Of a stretch of 64,000 nucleotides of DNA, positions 61,200-64,000 are shown in pieces. A program made the translations under genes and the position numbers. The stretch comes from Mytilus edulis. Lineage: Eukaryota. The DNA lies in assembly GCF_963676685.1 (NCBI RefSeq), contig NC_092344.1, positions 109,430,001 to 109,494,000 of the forward strand. Direction: 5' to 3'. The stretch's first letter is position 1, and every line of letters starts with the position of its first letter. Under the pieces are notes generated by a model. The model made no database searches and was not told the DNA's origin. It saw nothing but the letters and a program-made list of their open reading frames with translations.

Positions 61200-62025
61200 C
61201 ATTACAGAAAGAGACATGACCTTATGCAATATTCAAAACTAACTACTAATATACAGAATAATGAGAGGAGAGAGATACCAGAGGATAAATCAAACTTATC
61301 AGTCGAAAATAATCTGACAACGCCGTGGTTCAAAAAGAAAAAGACAAACAATTGTACACAAAACAGAACATAAAAAAAATATAGATTGAGCAACACCAAC
61401 CCCACCAAAAACTGGTAGTAACCTTAGATGCTCCAGAAGGGTATGCAGATCCTGTTCAACATGTTGCTCATTATAGTACAAACCCCGAAAGTAAGTCTAA
61501 TTCAGTAGTTCAGATTCGGGAAAAGGGAACAAAGTTGTACTGCAACGTTAAGAACAAATCCGTTATAATTTGTGAAATGGATATTCAATAATGATCAACC
61601 AACTCGTGATGGTGTCCGTAAAACCTACAAAGGGTTGACTTCAACCTCACCACGAGAAGACACATGACCTTGCACATGATCAAAACGAAATACTAATATA
61701 CATGAAAAGACACGAGCTTGTGAGAAGCTCAAAACAAACTACTAATATACAGGAATAGTTGGGCTTGCAAAAACCTATTTATATACAAGAAGAGACCTTG
61801 TCCAGTTCTAGAAAATACTACTTATATACAGGAAGAGACCTAACCAAGTGCAATGATCAAAACTGTTAATAACTATAATAATAAACAGGACAGACATAAC
61901 CTTGTAAACTGCTCTTAAAAACTACTAATAAACAGAAAGAGACATCACATTGTAAAATACTCAAAACAGATAAATGATATTCAGGTGGAGACATGGTATA
62001 TGCTCAAAATATACTACTAATATTC
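61200..62025. repeat. Degenerate ~49-bp tandem array interrupted by the PLE fragment
   Basis: Recurring ACTACTAATATACAGGAAGAGACATGACCTTG-like unit at about 61200-61260 and 61655-62025. Confidence 0.65.
61268..61652 (-). mobile_element. 3' end of a second Penelope-like family
   Basis: Minus strand encodes VRLKSTLCRFYGHHHELVDHY (PLE RT C-terminal end), followed by a tail that also occurs at about 8100-8225, 18515-18575, 19600-19710 and 52830-53015. Confidence 0.65.
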
Positions 62026-64000
62026 TGTTAAAAACAAAAAGTCTAACGATCTTTAGCATGATTGCCTCTTCGTATCTTTTCATTTGCTAGTCCTATAACA
62101 TGATGTTTTGTATGCCTTATCTTGAAACTTTTACTTCTCTTACTGAGCTTTTTAAATAAACAAATATCGGTTAAATCCCATAATGACTAGTTGCTATTAG
62201 TACCAAAGGATTTCAATGAAATTTTATCTTTTAAAACTACTATTTTTTTCTCTCATTGACATTTGCTGGAATTTCCTTCCGTGTTTTCAATAATTTTCAT
62301 TGATATTGCTATAAATGTAAATTAACTCTTTACTGAACATTGAATTTAAAAAAAAATAATGGATTTTCTATCAACTTCTCTTGCAGTAAAAACGTGCATC
62401 TGACGTACAAAAGTTTAAGCCAAATATCTCTGATGAGTTTATTTGGAAGTATTTCTATGCTGACAAGATATCATTCCAGCAAGTCATGGACAGTATAGAC
62501 TTGACAGCCATGTCAAATAAATTTATACTTTGACTACACAATGATTGTCATGTGATCATCAAGGAAAACTCATATAAACTGAGGTTTTACTGAAACAAGC
62601 CATATTTTGACGACATTGGCACATCCATTTCCGTCTTTCATACTTTTCCATAAAGAATTTTATGTTAAAATGTGGTTTCTTTCAGAATTTTAAGTTGACA
62701 ATTCGGTCACCAACTTACAACTTCTGTCATGGGTAAGTTGGCTTAATGTTGTCAATCTATTTTCTGATGAGTCTTTTGTAGCCGAAACAATCTTTTGGTG
62801 AACACAAATTTAAAACCTGGTATCTATGAGTTTAAAGGAAATCAGAAATGGAGAGGACAAGGCGAAGGGCAACTTTTTTAACAATTGGACAAAATCGATT
62901 GGATTGGTACTTTGCTGCATCATGATGTATGTTATCTACCATATGGAATCATATAAAATAACTGACGAAAAAAAAATCTAAACACACTTTCAGAGTGGTA
63001 ATTATGAGAGAAGTTGCTTACATCATCTCAGGCCTATGGAGATAAAATGAATCTTGAATGGTCCTCACTGAAACACTATTTGTTTGTTAAAACTCATTGT
63101 TGTAACTTGGCATATTAAAAAAAGAAGCAGTATATTTCTGACTATTTAACAATTGACATTGTGTACTGAAGAAACACATTGAAGTTATCACAGACTAAAA
63201 AGGAAGTCAGTAATATAAACATCACACCTAATAACATACAAGTCATTTATATGTATCATTATTGTGCCCTATAACAATAAGGGGTAAACATAATAATTTA
63301 GGAATTAAATAGGAAAATTTATGCGATAGTGAATAATGGTTAAATGTTCGCAGCTAGGTTTTCAATTGTTTATATAATATAAATACTTTGCCAAAAACAT
63401 ATTTGTAATAAAAATGTATCAAGCCATTTTTTGTGTTTAATTTCAAAAGCCTACACAGTATTATCTGTAGATAAATTTTAAATAAAAGGCTAAAATGCCA
63501 CTTAAATTTTCTTTCACCAACAATCATTGTAGTCAGTGGTCCGAATTCAAAAGCTATTGGTTACAAGATGAAATACAATTCAAAGTAACTTCTGACATTA
63601 TGTCCTTCTCTCTCTGAAACATTGGGGGAAGTCGGAGGAAAATCTTTTTTTCCCTAATCAATAAAAATCTAACACATTTCAGACATTTACAAGTCATTTA
63701 TATATAGTTCTTGATGTTTTATTGAATTTAAAATAGTCTGGCAACTTCCCTTTTTTGGTATATTTGTTTTTTTTCTCAAATATATATTTTTGGTTATGTT
63801 ACAGGAATATGACTTAACTGTAATTATAGAACAAATTAACTGTTCTTTATCTATTATGGGAGTGCTGTCTATATGCAGGAATCATTTTTGATAGGGTGAT
63901 GAATTTGAACTTTCACATTTTATCATAAAATTAAACTGAGATGTTAAATTTGCTCTATTTTTTCTCAAAGGAATAAACTTGCTTGCAAACATAATGAAAT

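Noticed and set aside
63021-63066. Minus-strand micro-exon-like segment (TTTCAG...GTAAGC)
   Set aside because: Isolated, with no partner exons or homology identified in the window.

Overview
AT-rich eukaryotic genomic DNA, most likely a bivalve mollusc (Mytilus-like, inferred from the repeat families). The one clear host gene is a + strand Shab/Kv2 (KCNB-like) voltage-gated K+ channel. I reconstruct five phase-compatible coding exons: 622-659 (tentative), 5319-6153, 22265-23335, 31349-32102 and 34365-35062, about 1131 aa. It has a T1 domain, S1-S6, a TVGYGD filter and a long tail with a PRC/phospho-FFAT-like motif. The introns and 3' flank are full of mobile DNA: Penelope-like RT fragments, hammerhead-ribozyme (retrozyme-like) repeats including one intact type I hammerhead, tRNA-derived SINEs, Helentron-associated elements, several MITEs with readable TSDs, a 1.14-kb tandem duplication and minisatellites. 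The most striking structure is a 10.8-kb element 2.8 kb downstream of the channel stop (37836-48613). It has 322-bp almost identical terminal inverted repeats (CACAG...CTGTG) and a 7-bp TSD, which is P/Galileo-like. I found no transposase in it. Just inside the left TIR it carries a CHR/ETS/E2F-type promoter followed by a first exon encoding a Pif1-like helicase Walker A motif (missed by the ORF track). It also holds a frameshifted coiled-coil exon and many nested insertions. All alignments and translations were done by eye.
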